From: the human T2T-CHM13v2.0 reference genome, Homo sapiens
Assembly (NCBI RefSeq): GCF_009914755.1
Contig: NC_060947.1
Length of the DNA stretch: 64,000 bases
Strand: one strand, 5' to 3'
The stretch's first letter is position 1; every line of letters begins with the position of its first letter. The position numbers and the translations under genes were made by a program. The notes under the pieces were generated by a model. It was not told the origin of the DNA, did no database searches, and was given only the letters and a program-made list of their open reading frames with translations. Positions 15,170 through 30,260 of the stretch are shown piece by piece.

Positions 15170-15370
15170 TATCTCCTGAGCACATCCAGGCACCTTTGCT
15201 AAGTGCTTTGTGTATGTTTTATCTCATTTAATCTTACAGCAACCCACTGAGGTAGTTTTATTATTCCACTTTATAGGTGAGTGCACTGTAGCTTCAGTCC
15301 TTTGCCCACAGTCACATAGCTAGCATATGTCCAAATGATAGTCAAACCTTAGTGTCTGATTCTCTGAATC
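15170..15370 (-). repeat. MIR SINE
   Basis: atctcatttaatcttacagcaacccactgaggtag...ttattccactttataggtgag. Confidence 0.65.
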
Positions 15371-15800
15371 TATGTTGTCGTCTACTTTTTCTGTAACTTT
15401 TAATTATTAAGTAGTTAGGGTTCCTTCCTGACTATGGATTCATTTGGGACCATCACCCAAGATTAGTGAGAGATACTTTTTAAGACAAAGTTTATGATGG
15501 AATATTTCTTGGAATTCATAGCAGCTCAAAGTAAGTGTTAACTATTGGTGGGTTCTTAAGGACCAGCATGTCCAAGGGATAGATAGATTGGTAAATTACT
15601 GTATGTACCTGTCTTTTACAAAGCTATAAGATATTTAAGTACCCGTTTTGTAATTTTCCACTTAAACTGATATGTTTGATGAACTTGGCAGTCTAACTGC
15701 ATTGGTTAAAAGGATGCACATTTATATTTCTAAATGAAATGGAATACTGAATTTAAAAGGTGATGTTTTCTCTATTAAGTATGAAAATAGATACAAATCT

Positions 15801-16396
<596 letters not shown>

Positions 16397-17354
16397 GATA
16401 CAAATCAAAGTACTGAATCCTTGGTAACGAGACATTTAAAACACATGCACATACCCACTACTTAAACATACTTTGAAATTACAACCATTTGGGGATGTTT
16501 TTAGCATTTGTGCTTGAAGTAGATCAATATTTGTAGTTGTTTTAGTTCCATTTGTCACTGTTAACTTTCATTTGTACCTCTGGAATTAGCAGTGCTGTAT
16601 TCAGCATTGGCACTTAAAATATTTTATAGCTCTTAGAACACTATTTTTTAAATTACATTGATCTTTATACTCTCCTAGGATTCCAGTCCTTCCACAAATT
16701 ATTATATGCAGTTTTCTTTATACTGTTCCATTCTTCAGACAGAGTTCAGGTTGTAGGATCATCTGAATTTTCTTAGTGAAATACAAGCCAGTAGAAACCA
16801 AAGCTCGTGTTTTTCTACTGTATGACTATGGGAGCTCTCAGTATAGAGAAACTTGATCATACCTGTGATAGATATAAAGATGTAAATTAAAGTCTAGTTA
16901 GTGAGTTATTTGAGGGTAAAGCCAGAATAGGAAAACATTTTGTTTCTCTTTTCCTGGGCTTCACAATCTTTGGAGAATAACTAATTTTATTTTAACTCTA
17001 GTGTTAGAGGCATGTATGTCTTCTGGTAATCAGTAATAGTAATTCATTTTACCTGTTTGTTTCTCACTGTTTTATTCTACTTAGAAGAAGACATGATAGG
17101 ATTGTGAGTTTTTCTCTAACTTTGGATGCAGTGAGATGACCAGTGTGTTCCAGTTAAAGAAGAAGAGTGTTTTAAAATCATAAACCAAATAAAGAATCCT
17201 ACCTTACATTAATTTCTTGCACTTCTTCTGTTCTCATCTCCATTTCTCTTTTTAACATGTGGAATTTACACTTCAGGTTTAAATTTCTTGTCAGGCCAAT
17301 TACAGATTACAGTAGGATATGGTCTGTGTATATAACAACTATAACTTGTTTTAG

Positions 17355-17516
<162 letters not shown>

Positions 17517-19790
17517 ACTGCATAATTCTGAAGTTATATTTCCTATACCATTTCCGTAATTCTTATTCCATATTAGAAAACTTTGTTAGGCCAAAGACAA
17601 ATAGTAGGCAAGATGGCACAGGGCATGAAATGAACACAAATTATGCTAAGAATTTTTTATTTTTTGGTATTGGCCATAAGCAACAATTTTCAGATTTGCA
17701 CAAAAAGATACCTTAAAATTTGAAACATTGCTTTTAAAACTACTTAGCACTTCAGGGCAGATTTTAGTTTTATTTTCTAAAGTACTGAGCAGTGATATTC
17801 TTTGTTAATTTGGACCATTTTCCTGCATTGGGTGATCATTCACCAGTACATTCTCAGTTTTTCTTAATATATAGCATTTATGGTAATCATATTAGACTTC
17901 TGTTTTCAATCTCGTATAGAAGTCTTCATGAAATGCTATGTCATTTCATGTCCTGTGTCAGTTTATGTTTTGGTCCACTTTTCCAGTATTTTAGTGGACC
18001 CTGAAATGTGTGTGATGTGACATTTGTCATTTTCATTAGCAAAAAAAGTTGTATGATCTGTGCCTTTTTTATATCTTGGCAGGTAGGAATATTATATTTG
18101 GATGCAGAGTTCAGGGAAGATAAGTTGGAAACACTAAATGTTAAAGATGTAGCAAACCCTGTCAAACATTAGTACTTTATAGAAGAATGCATGCTTTCCA
18201 TATTTTTTTCCTTACATAAACATCAGGTTAGGCAGTATAAAGAATAGGACTTGTTTTTGTTTTTGTTTTGTTGCACTGAAGTTTGATAAATAGTGTTATT
18301 GAGAGAGATGTGTAATTTTTCTGTATAGACAGGAGAAGAAAGAACTATCTTCATCTGAGAGAGGCTAAAATGTTTTCAGCTAGGAACAAATCTTCCTGGT
18401 CGAAAGTTAGTAGGATATGCCTGCTCTTTGGCCTGATGACCAATTTTAACTTAGAGCTTTTTTTTTTTAATTTTGTCTGCCCCAAGTTTTGTGAAATTTT
18501 TCATATTTTAATTTCAAGCTTATTTTGGAGAGATAGGAAGGTCATTTCCATGTATGCATAATAATCCTGCAAAGTACAGGTACTTTGTCTAAGAAACATT
18601 GGAAGCAGGTTAAATGTTTTGTAAACTTTGAAATATATGGTCTAATGTTTAAGCAGAATTGGAAAAGACTAAGATCGGTTAACAAATAACAACTTTTTTT
18701 TCTTTTTTTCTTTTGTTTTTTGAAGTGTTGGGGTTTGGTTTTGTTTTTTGAGTCTTTTTTTTTTAAGTGAAATTTATTGAGGAAAAATATGTGAAGGACC
18801 TTCACTCTAAGATGTTATATTTTTCTTAAAAAGTAACTCCTAGTAGGGGTACCACTGAATCTGTACAGAGCCGTAAAAACTGAAGTTCTGCCTCTGATGT
18901 ATTTTGTGAGTTTGTTTCTTTGAATTTTCATTTTACAGTTACTTTTCCTTGCATACAAACAAGCATATAAAATGGCAACAAACTGCACATGATTTCACAA
19001 ATATTAAAAAGTCTTTTAAAAAGTATTGCCAAACATTAATGTTGATTTCTAGTTATTTATTCTGGGAATGTATAGTATTTGAAAACAGAAATTGGTACCT
19101 TGCACACATCATCTGTAAGCTGTTTGGTTTTAAAATACTGTAGATAATTAACCAAGGTAGAATGACCTTGTAATGTAACTGCTCTTGGGCAATATTCTCT
19201 GTACATATTAGCGACAACAGATTGGATTTTATGTTGACATTTGTTTGGTTATAGTGCAATATATTTTGTATGCAAGCAGTTTCAATAAAGTTTGATCTTC
19301 CTCTGCTAAATTGATGTTGATGCAATCCTTACAAATGATTGCTTTTAAAATTTTAAGCTAGGAAAAGAAATCTATAGAAAGTGTTCTGTTACAAAATGTA
19401 ACTGTTACCATTGGAAATTTCACGTCATAGGAAGTTAGCCTTTATCTACCAACTTTCAAGAACTTGTTTAATAAAGCGAAAAACTCAACCAAATGGTACA
19501 AAACCACAGTGTACCATTAAAATATGCACTAAGTCTCTTTTTTACAAAGGCTGTATTCAGCAAGGCGCTAACTTGCTTAAATGTGAATTACTAACTTCTA
19601 AAACTGTACTTTGATTCACATGTTTTCAAATGGAGTTGGAGTTCATTCATATTACAATATTTGTGTGCTAAACGTGTATGTTTTTCAGTTCAAAGTCATG
19701 ATGTTTTTAAAATCTTATTAAAGTTTCAAAAATCTGAAGATTGTTTATCTAGATGTAAATTTTTATTAAAAAGTTGCACTTATGAAAAAG
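17517..19790 (+). other. FMR1: FMR1 3' UTR
   Basis: AU-rich ~2.3 kb after the stop with several poly(A) signals; the end position is approximate. Confidence 0.85.
19284..19770 (+). terminator. FMR1: Candidate polyadenylation signals (AATAAA 19284, AATAAA 19470, ATTAAA 19717, ATTAAA 19765)
   Basis: Hexamers seen directly; the distal ATTAAA fits the expected UTR length. Confidence 0.7.
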
Positions 19791-21100
19791 CAAAAAATTA
19801 GTCTGACAGATGTTTGCTCCTGGTTTTAAATTTCTACATTTGACAAAAACTAATGATATGTGGGGGGAAAGTTGTGCAAAGTAAATGTATGTTGCAAATA
19901 ATCTTTTATGAGCCCTTAAAAGGCAAAAACGAAGACACTTGAAAATAATTCTCCATATTCCCAGACATAAAATTTCAACACATTTATTACATAGGGTGCC
20001 ACTAAACCATATTAAACATATACTCCTATTTGTGCACACATGAACATACCCTGCCCTTTGGAAAAAAGTATGTCTATGAAGTAAAAAAAAAAAATTGATT
20101 TAAACGTCTCAGTAATAAAATAAATGAGAGGTTTGTAGGTAGAATGTGCCTGGGAATTGACTACTGTAATCACTTCAAGGAACTCTGGCACAGCCTACCC
20201 GCCTAAAAGGTACAAATGGAGAGGTGACAGTGTCAGTGTTCTACCCAGGGTTAGAATCCAAAATGATGCTAGACAGCCTCCTCTGCATTGATGAGTTTTT
20301 TTCCCCAGAAAAATAACTATTTTCTGCTTTTCTTGTTTTTCATTCTGATGCTTTTGTGGTTCTTTGCTACCCATTCTGTCTAACTGGGCATCATTAGTGG
20401 TGGGTAGGCTGAAACCATACTCAAGTAACTTGTTTGGATTTTCCTTGTTTCACAGTAGTTTTCAGCACTACACATGAACAGCCTGTTGGAGGCAGCCAGC
20501 TTAACACTCAACTTGGCTCTCTCAGAGCCATCTCTCTCATCTGATGATGGTCTTAGAATTCCTGGTGGCTCGGAATATACGTCTTTTAGAGGCAGCAAAA
20601 TGATTCTGACCCTTTTGAGCCAGTTTCAGTTTCATGGCCATAAACAGCCTTGTGAACCTCTATGCCTCTGATAACCAGTTATTCTGAAATAGTCATTACC
20701 ATGTGCTAGTCTTGATTGTTCATAAGGCTTAATGTACCAGAATTTAAATCTTGAGCATCTTGTTTTCTCTGTTTATCTGAGGTCATTTAAAAAGTTTTAT
20801 TTCAATTTCTCTCTATGTACCATAATGAAACTGGGAAAATCCATTTTATTTTAATTTTTTTTAGTATACTAAGGGGTTTTCTGTTAGTGAGAGAGGCTTG
20901 CTCTGTGTTAAACTCACAGGGAAGAATTATCCTTCCCCTGGAATACAGACCCAGGGTGCAGCTAGCAGTGCTCTGGCCTTTGCATGAGAGAATAATATCC
21001 ATGTGTCTCTTCCTGACCTTTTGCTGACAAGTTTCCCTCATTAAAACCACTTTCTTCTGTGTGGCTTTGTGCAGTTTGCCATAACCCATTACCTCAAAAA

Positions 21101-21118
21101 TGGTGCCCAACATGAGGT
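21101..21118 (+). other. Primer-binding site complementary to tRNA-Lys(CUU)
   Basis: tggtgcccaacatgaggt matches TGGCGCCCAACGTGGGGC at 14/18 (two mismatches are CpG decay); 4 nt after a CA and ~55 nt after ATTAAA. Confidence 0.65.
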
Positions 21119-21433
21119 AAAATCCGCTTATTTCACCTCTGGCTTTTTGGAAACTGCAAAAGGGATCAACTAAGCTATACTAGGGATGGACAGCATCCCT
21201 GCTGGGGCTGGTGATGGGAAACCCAGCCAAGCTAACATCTGCAAAGCATGCTAGTGTGGTGCTTATTGGTGTTCATGTGCCACAGAGGTCCTGGGAAGTT
21301 TGTGTAAGGGAGATTGAGACAATTAAATCCTTTGGCACTCCAAGTCTGGCAGCCTCTGTGAGACCTAAGGAAAAAGAAGTTGGGAGAAAACCCTCAGCAC
21401 CTAAGTGCCATTAGAATAGTTGATGCAGTCTAA

Positions 21434-21748
<315 letters not shown>

Positions 21749-23574
21749 ACAACTTTTAGATTTGAGACTTGTCATTGTGCAGTGTGCCACCCAGGGGCCT
21801 TTGGTAGGAATTGAGGTATATCCTGTGGGATTTCAAAGACACTAACAGGGAATTGGACTCCCAGCAATGGTCACAAGAGTAACCTGAGGCTTTAATTGTT
21901 TATATGATGACGAGGCTACACCTACAAAGTAGTGAAGCTGAATGGCAAGCACTTTGGGTTTATCACGGGATTCTCTTCTGCCAGATGAATTTGCTAGGCT
22001 GACCAATGGGGAGGGAGCAAATGGACCTGCCTTGTTCTTGAATTGGATGTTCAGGGCAATCAGATTCACATAACCACCAAGAGGAGACTTCCTGAGAAAC
22101 TGAGTGCCAAGTGAACCATTCTACTGAGGTTAAAGCTGTTTTGAGACAACTTGGCATTTTTGCATACTTGCATGAAAATCCTAGGCATCTAGGATAAGTA
22201 GTAACCAAATGACCTTAATTCAGAGAATGCTGGAAAAGTTGATGGTTTCTTATACGGAGACATCCCTAACTTTGCTCCTTCTGCCAGAGTGTAAAGGATG
22301 AAATAATCCTTTGGAGCTGATATATGCCCCACCCAAAGTGGGGGTAATGAGATAAGGGGCCCTGGAAAGAATATGTCTCAGCAAAAATGAAAAGTCAAGG
22401 GAAGAGCATCAACTCTAGACTTTTCCTAGGCTTGCACAGGCAGTACATCATGACTCTTGGTCTGCAACAAAGTGATGACTAGCTAAGGAGATAGATAGGA
22501 AAGGTAGAATCACTCTAAGGAGCTTGCAGAGAGAAGGATGCAGGAAACAACACTGATATTAGAGTAGGCATTAAGAACCCCCCTATGGAGAGCTGATGCA
22601 AGGAGGTTCTGGATGGGAGGGTTCCCTTTGGAGATGGAGGCAGTTAGCTTTCCCCACTGCTTGGCCAGCAAAGCTCCAATGCCTCCTGCGTCCTTGTAGA
22701 AGGGTTTAGAGGAAGCTAAGCAGTTGGCCACATCTTAACACTGCTGAAACAAGACTCTCAGACACTCCCTACCCCCAGAGGCCTCTGTGCCACCTGAGAG
22801 ATTGATTTTCTAGGCCGATTGCTGGGGAGCTCTTCAAGTCCATTTAAACCAAAAGCAAGCTTGGCCCAGGGCCAGTTCCTCTGCCCTCTTCAAGGAGATG
22901 CTAACTTCATGTCCTAATCCATGTAGCCTGGAACATAGATAGGGGAAGGACTTAACAGACCTAGACTTAATAAAACACAGGAGCCCAAGAAGCTGTTATT
23001 CTTGGACCTGATCAAGTCCACAGTAAATTTCCCTGGCCGGAGTTGGGTTTGGTTTTACTTAGAACCAGGAGACTCAGCATAATTACTGCAGATGCTGTTG
23101 GCTGCTTTCATAAGACCATGCTCACTCACCATCCCTTTGTCAGACTCCACAGTTGATATGGACATGCTGAGTCCCCTCAGCCCAGCAAAGCAGAACATCT
23201 GAATGGATGCAAACATGGCAATGTCTCTTAGTGAATACTATAAATCAGTCTTATTGAGTTTGCAGAACCCCCTGCACTTCCAAAGCCTGTCGGAATTGTG
23301 CAGTTGAAGCTGGCACATACCAAAGATGAGAAAGAAAACATTCCCCTCATACAAGATTTACTGCCATTGCCAGGAGGGAATGGTAGGCTACACTACCTTC
23401 CAATTCCACAACCCTGTTAGGCCAGTGAGCAAATCCAGTGTCTTTGGCCCCAGATTACAGATCATTATGGATCATTGTGATTTTAACAGTGGCCACCATG
23501 GCACTCACAGTGCCTGATACACCAACAGATGACTGAACTGATTGCAGCCATTACTGGCAACGTGGTATGTCCTA

Positions 23575-23895
23575 GAGCTACGCTGTCCAGTTCTTAAGCC
23601 ACTAAGCCATATACGGCTGTTGAGTACTTGAAATGTGCTGGTCTGAATTAAGACGTGCTGAATGTGTAGAATACACGAGATTTTGAAGACTTGGTTTGAA
23701 AAGATGAATGAAAAATGTCTCCTTTTTATATTTAGCTGTTGAAATATAAATATTTTAAATCTCTTGGGTTAACTAAAATATGCCATGAAAATTCATTATA
23801 CCTATCTCTTTTTTACCCTTTTTAATAATGACCACTAGATAAGTTAAAATTGCATATGTGGCTCACATTATATTTCAATTGGACAGAATTACTCT
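23575..23895. mobile_element. hAT-Charlie MITE (MER3/MER33-like) inserted in the ERV RT
   Basis: Terminal gctgtcca...tggacag inverted ends, ctaga on both sides; RT motifs resume after it. Confidence 0.7.
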
Positions 23896-24708
23896 AGATA
23901 CTACTAATGTTCTCCAAATTTCTCCAGAAACAGAAGAAATATTTTGCTTTCACCTGACAGAACATTAATTTCTGGTTTGTTGTGGGAATTTCACACTCCT
24001 CCAGCAAATAAGTGCAATTTATCAGTAATGGGTTGGGCAAGCCCATTCCATTATATTGATGACATTTTGGTAGTGCCCCTCACAGAGGAAACTGTCCTCA
24101 CTGTAATGCATGCTCTCTAATCTAAGCACAAGTGTCCACAGGTGGCCTGGCCCTTGAATGAGGATAGATGCCAGAGCCAGGCCACCCAAGTACATATCTT
24201 GGGGGCTGTATTAGCAACAGCCTGAGGAGACATTCCATAGCATAATAAGGAAAGTCTATTGGCCTTACAGACACTACCAAAAAAAAAAAAAAAAGAAAAA
24301 GAAAAAGCCTATGATCTGTTCGGCCTCTTTGGGTATTAGAGGCAGCACATCTCACATTTCAAAATGTCATTCAAGCATCTGTACCTAGTCACCAGACTGG
24401 TAGCCAAATTTAAGTGGAGACCCCTACAGCAAGAAGCCTCAGAAGCAATACAATAAAATATAACCTGATTCCCATGGAGTTTTATGTATCTATGACAGGT
24501 CTTACATCTGATACACCTGGCAACAAGACTCTGCCAATACTGGGGTGGGAAATCTCTCCACTGCTGAATGGTACGTGCCTTTTAAACGACAATTATTTGT
24601 CCATTATAAATCTCTGGCAGGGACTGTTGTCTCACTAAAGGGAAGTGATTGTCAGATCTAACATCCCCACTCTACAATGGGTTCACTGAACCAAATTTCA
24701 TAAGATTA

Positions 24709-25345
24709 GTGTATCAGTGAGTGTATCCACCAGTGAGGAAAACAGAAATCACACCACTAATTTTAACAGAGAGTTTGATGTACGGATTGGTTAAACAGAT
24801 ATTAAAGGGCTGAAAATGCAGAACAAGAACATTAAGGTAATAGAGGTAGGATCTGCAGGAAGCATCTACCATCCTGAGGCCTGGTGGAATGAAGGGATGA
24901 AGCTAGTATGATGAGAACCCAAAGCTCAAAGGAGGGGCCCATGGAATTAAAACTCCAGACCTTTAGGAAAGGGAAACTGCTTAGTTAGTACTGGTATCTT
25001 GGAGGCAGAACCTCATGGGGCTTGGACTTAGACCACTGAGGAGAGGGTGCCAGCCAACTGACTGATGCTGGTGTCTGAGGAGGCATGACGATGCTGGCTC
25101 AGAGAGTGTGGAAGGAAAAATCTGGCAACTGGATTCAAGTGCTGCTACTGGAACAAACTGTTTCTACCAGAGTGAAGAACTAACATCTTCAAGTCTCCTT
25201 CTAGAGCCCCTTGTTGTCAGAACCTAACAGGAAGCAGCTGGTGAAGGAGAAATGTGATGTGCAGAGTCTCAGCCCCAGCATCACAGAGCAGATTATAGAA
25301 GGATAGTTTGGAACTGAGAGACAATAATTTAATAATTGGCAGTGT
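24709..25345. mobile_element. Old solo LTR inserted in the ERV pol (subfamily uncertain)
   Basis: tgtatcagt...gaaaacagaaatcacacc start and cccagcatcacagagcag...gagagacaat end typical of old ERVL-class LTRs. Confidence 0.55.
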
Positions 25346-26371
25346 GTGACAAGCCACAGAAATGTGAAATGGAAATAGTACATCCAATTGAGAGTCAAGC
25401 CCACTGCAAGGATAAGTGGTTGCCTATGCAGTAGGTACGGAGGAAGTTTCACTCCTGCTTTGCCTGAGCAACTGGCTCAATGATGGCATCAATTTCAATG
25501 GAATACTAAGCCATTGGTTATAATGATGATAAGTGTTGATGTCCCATGGCACTGGCTGCTCTGCACAATTAATAGAAGTACTTCAAGTGGTGCTTTTGAG
25601 CAATAAAACATTCTGCTTCTTGAATGAAAATGTCTTTACACAGACATGGGCTGCGCTACCGGCCTTGCTCTTAGGTCAGGATGTTGGACCACCCAGGATG
25701 AGACCATTAAAGTCATACGTATGTGCTGCTCCTTATGGAAAGAGATGCACCTCATCCACAGGCTCAATTAATAAGTCACATATTTATTTGTCTCTTAAAA
25801 AAGGCCACATCCTGAGAAAAGCAAAACATTTGGAATGAGAAAGTCAACTGAGCCTCTGAGCCATCCTATTTATGGTGACCTACTAGATCCAGATTTAGAC
25901 CCACCACAGAAACAAAACCATCATGAAGGGCTGTCATACAGAAGTCAGAACTAACTCATACTGGCAGATTTACTTTATAGGTCCCCCTGCCCCTATGTAG
26001 GTCCGTATAGTGGGTCCTGACTGCTTTAGACACACTCTAGATATGGGGTTGCACTCCACCTGCCCCAGTCAGATAGCACACACAGATTAAAGTGTGTGAC
26101 TGACTTTACTACCTTTGTCATGTGTTGACATGTTCTCACATGATACAATATGACAACTCATTTATGGCCAGTGTCAAACAACAATGGGCCAATGAGTCTG
26201 TCAGCATGGAATTCACTGGCACTCCTATGCTTCTTTCCACTCTCATTCAGCAGGTGAAATAAAGTGCTCGAATGGCCAGCTTAAGGAACAATCACACTGG
26301 CCACTTTAAGAACAAATTCTGTAAGGCTGACTAGCACAATTCTCATTAGCTGTATACACTGCCATATTCCA

Positions 26372-26845
26372 TGTGTTAGTTCAGGTCCTCTGAGAAGCAG
26401 ATGTCAAGACAGAATTAAATGTGCAAGATATTTTGGGGTGAGAGTCCATGACAGATTAAAGGGGCGGGAGCCAGAGAACATCAAGAGAGAGTTTAGACCA
26501 TGATACAGATCTGACATTGATGAAGGATAGGGAAGAAAGAAGGACTGAGTAAGGAGATCCTCAACTATAGTGCAGTTTCAAGTACGTTTCAACCAGGTTG
26601 ATGAGGAGTGCTTGATCTGAAGTCATCTGTTAAAAAAAGTTCTACTTGCAAGAATGGTTCTGTATTTGCATTAGTACCCCCACTGTGCTCAATTAGTGGC
26701 TAATTATTGGCTGAAAGTAGCCTGAAGGAAGCACAACCTTGGTGCATACACAGTGGTGGATCCAGAAGGGTAGCATCTGGGGCTGTCAGTCAATTATGCT
26801 CTCCACAATAGGAGATTGAAGTGGTACACTTTGGTGGCCACCACA
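26372..26845 (-). mobile_element. MaLR LTR (MLT1H-like), probably followed by MaLR internal sequence
   Basis: tgtgttagttcaggtcctctgagaagcagatg...ggccaccaca. Confidence 0.65.
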
Positions 26846-26867
26846 TTATGTAATAATAATTTCCCTC

Positions 26868-26999
26868 TTTTTTGTTTGGTTTTAGAAATGAGGTCTCACT
26901 CTGTTGCTCAGGCTGGTCTTGAACTCCTGAGCTTAAGTGATTCTCCACCTTGGCCTCCCAAAGTGCTAGAATTACAGGCATAAGCCACCACACCCGGCC
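26868..26999 (-). mobile_element. Alu monomer (FLAM-like)
   Basis: Single reverse Alu left arm. Confidence 0.8.
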
Positions 27000-28869
27000 A
27001 AATTCCTTTTTTGGTCCCACATTAACCATGATGAATAGCTGGGAGGATTGTACTGCATGGATCACAGAAATGTGGATGAACATAAATTTAGAGGCTCTTT
27101 TCTTTTTTCTTTTTTCATTGAAATGGCATCTGGTGACCTTTCCCCTGCCCCCCACATCCCCAGACAACTCTGAATCTGGGGTTGCCACATGCCTCCTTTG
27201 CAATTTGAGAACACTGCTGTGGTTCTCATGCTCATATCATTAGTCACCTCTGTGCTGTAAAAATCTTCCTGGATCTCAAGAGGTTGTCTTTGATAAAGGG
27301 ATTGTTATCCCCATGGTCTCTGCAGAGATTTTCATTCTAGGAAATAAAAGAAAGTCTGGTTCTTTCCTGAGGGTAGCTGACAGACCCTGACTGGTTGGGC
27401 TCGGGCGAATTCAACCCTGAGAAGCATGTAGAGGATCAAGGGGCAAAAAACCTCTCTGTTTTCCTATTCCAGATAGGGACAGACTATACCCATCTGAGGC
27501 AGTGACCTCTAGTGCCAATTATCACAAAGCTATATATGTCACTCCCAACTGGATTTGGCTATGGGGGATCATATTAGCATCCCACTATCAAATGATGCCT
27601 CAAGTATTGCTCCTATAGGCAAGGGGCCTCAGCCACCATTTTCCTGGGCCTTCTGCACTCATGTGTCTATCCCCTGTGATGTCCATACCAAACGAATGCA
27701 GAGTATCATCTTGGACCCAACTCAAAGTAGCATTTGTGTACCCCTCGCCCGCTTTCAGGATTAGTTTTTCTGTGCAGTTAAGATAGCTTCCTTTGCCTCC
27801 CCTGCCTTTCCCTTCAAAGAGTCGTCCACTTCCTGAGGGTAGTCATACAACTCTTCAAAAAACAAAGAACCAGTGGGCACAGACTATATCCTCAGCTTCT
27901 GGCACCATCAGTAGGCTCTCCTTGGGAGCATTATGGACACAGTTTATTGTTATTTTACATGGGTTTTTCTCTCATCAGGAGGTGTTTGTAAGGCTCACTA
28001 GGGGAGATTACCGATGAGACAGCTGGGGATCTCACTATCAAAGATGTTGACTCCCTAACTCAGATTGTGTTAGACAACTGCATAACTTTGGATTATTTAC
28101 TAACTACGCAATGTGCATTGTGGTCAACCCGATTCTGGATGAATACTTCAATACAAGTAGAGCTATCACTCAGCAACTGGTGGAGTTAGCCATATGGCTC
28201 CAAAACACTCCCAATCAAAGCCTTGGATCTTTTTCTCATAGTTTGGCCTGGGCTCCATGATTAGAGGTCTCAGGGAACTCTACAGATTTTTATTTTAAAC
28301 TTTGTACTTTTAGGACCTTCCTTATTTTACAAAATTTCCTTGGCATAGTCACATACTCCAGAAACCCCACTGAAAAATCCAATTTATGTTTAGTCCCAGT
28401 GGGCAGGCACATCTCCCAGAAGAACAGGAGCCCATGTATTTCGTCTTACTAACACTTTGGCTTGCACGTTACCCCCAATTAAACCTATTCTTATGCCCAT
28501 TCTACATAACACAATAGTGTATTCTTCCACTCACCTTTCAAAGACAGACTAAATGGGCAAAACTAGAGGCAGAAAGATCAGGCTGTTGAAATTATGAGCC
28601 AATGCTAAGGTAGTGAGAATGGAAAAGAATCATGGGATTCTTATGACATTTAGGAGATGGGATCAGTGAGACTTGCTGATTATTATGTGGGGAGAAAGGG
28701 GAAGGGAAGAAGCTAGGGTTATGATTTACAATTTCTTTTGGAGAAATAGATTTATTCATTCAACTGATGTTTATTCACTGTATACCATGAGTCAGGCAGC
28801 ATGTTTGATGATGAGGATACAGAAGAAAAATACACTGGGAGACAAAAATTAACATAAAATAAAAGAACA

Positions 28870-29340
28870 ATTACAGAGACAAATAGATATAATGTGCCTC
28901 CTCATATGATGCACTGAGAAGGATACAACCTCACTTCTGTAGTGTTCCTGCTAAAAAATGAATAAGCTGAAATTAATCATATGAAAACATCAGACAAGTC
29001 CAAATAGATGAACGTTTTACAAAATAAACTGCTTGCACTCTTCATAATTATTGAAGTCATAAAAGACAAAGAAATACTGGGAAAGTATTTCAGACCAAAG
29101 GATACTAAAAAGACATGGTAATTAAATGTAACATGATCCTGGATTGGACTTTGAACCAGAAAATGTTGTCTTTTGTCATAAATGACATTATTGGAATGAT
29201 TGGCTAAATATGAATAAAGTCTGCAGATTACACAATGCGACAAAGCTGACTTACTAATTTCAAAGATTGTACTGTGGTTATGTAAGAGAATGTTCTTGTT
29301 TTTAGGAAATACACACTAAAGTGTTTAGAAGGAAAAGGCT
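28870..29340 (+). mobile_element. Old L1M 3' fragment
   Basis: gaaaacatcagacaag...gattgtactgtggttatgtaagagaatg typical of L1MC/ME 3' ends. Confidence 0.6.
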
Positions 29341-29364
29341 GAGCTATTGGCTGAAAGAAGGCGT

Positions 29365-30260
29365 AAGCAGTAGCAGAGCAACAAAGCATGCTTAGGCTCT
29401 GGAGTTAAACTACCTGGGTTCTAACCCCAGCACAGCAATTTGCTACCTATGAAACTTTGGGCAAGTTATTTAAGCATTCTACAAATGAAATTTTCTCATG
29501 AGTAAAACGGACGATGCTTATAATAGCCCCTACTCCATAGAGGTGATATGAGGGTGAAATTAGTGAGCATATGTGAAGCACTTAGGCTCATGCCTGGCAT
29601 GTATGTGTCATCAATGCTGGCTGTACTTAAGCTATATTTCACTCTGTGTCCTGTGAATACAGAAGGAAATGTGACACAGCCTCCTTCTTCAAGGAGACAC
29701 AGTGTAGTAGGAAAAATAACAAGGTTAACAGATAATAATAAAACCATGTGATGAGTACCCTGATCTGGACTTGAGCTGAGAGCAGCTGAGCTAGAGCAGT
29801 AAATTCTGTGGGGGGATGTCAGGAGGGGTTTCACGGAGGGCTTAGGATTTAAATTGGATCGAGAGATGTGAACAGAAGTTTGCCCAAAATATGCATCTCT
29901 CACTTCTGCCAGGCCAAGGGCATCATACAAAACTCTGTATAAGCACAGAGTTCCAGAAGGTTATTGCGTACTATAGTGTATGCATAGGATATGCAGTAAT
30001 GTAGCATAGGATATGTAATAGAAGGGCCAGACTCACCTTCCAGGTGTGTGGAGAGCATTGACTGCCAGTCTGTTGACACAGGTTCAGATCCCAGCTTAAA
30101 TATCAATGGTTGCTTTGAGCAACTCATGAAACCTCTCTGAACCTGTTTCCTTTCCAAAATGGAGATACTAGTGTTTACCTCAGAGTTCCTGTGAGGATTA
30201 ATGTAAAGTGCTTAGCACAATGCTCAGTACATGGCCTGTGTTCAATAACGGATAGCAATT
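29365..30260. repeat. MIR / L2 / MIR fragment cluster
   Basis: MIR cores at ~29400-29610 and ~30060-30250 with L2-like sequence between. Confidence 0.6.

Noticed and set aside
24279-24307. Poly(A) run as a processed-pseudogene tail
   Set aside because: It lies within the ERV RT remnant (TTKK..A region) with RT motifs on both sides; best explained as A-run expansion.
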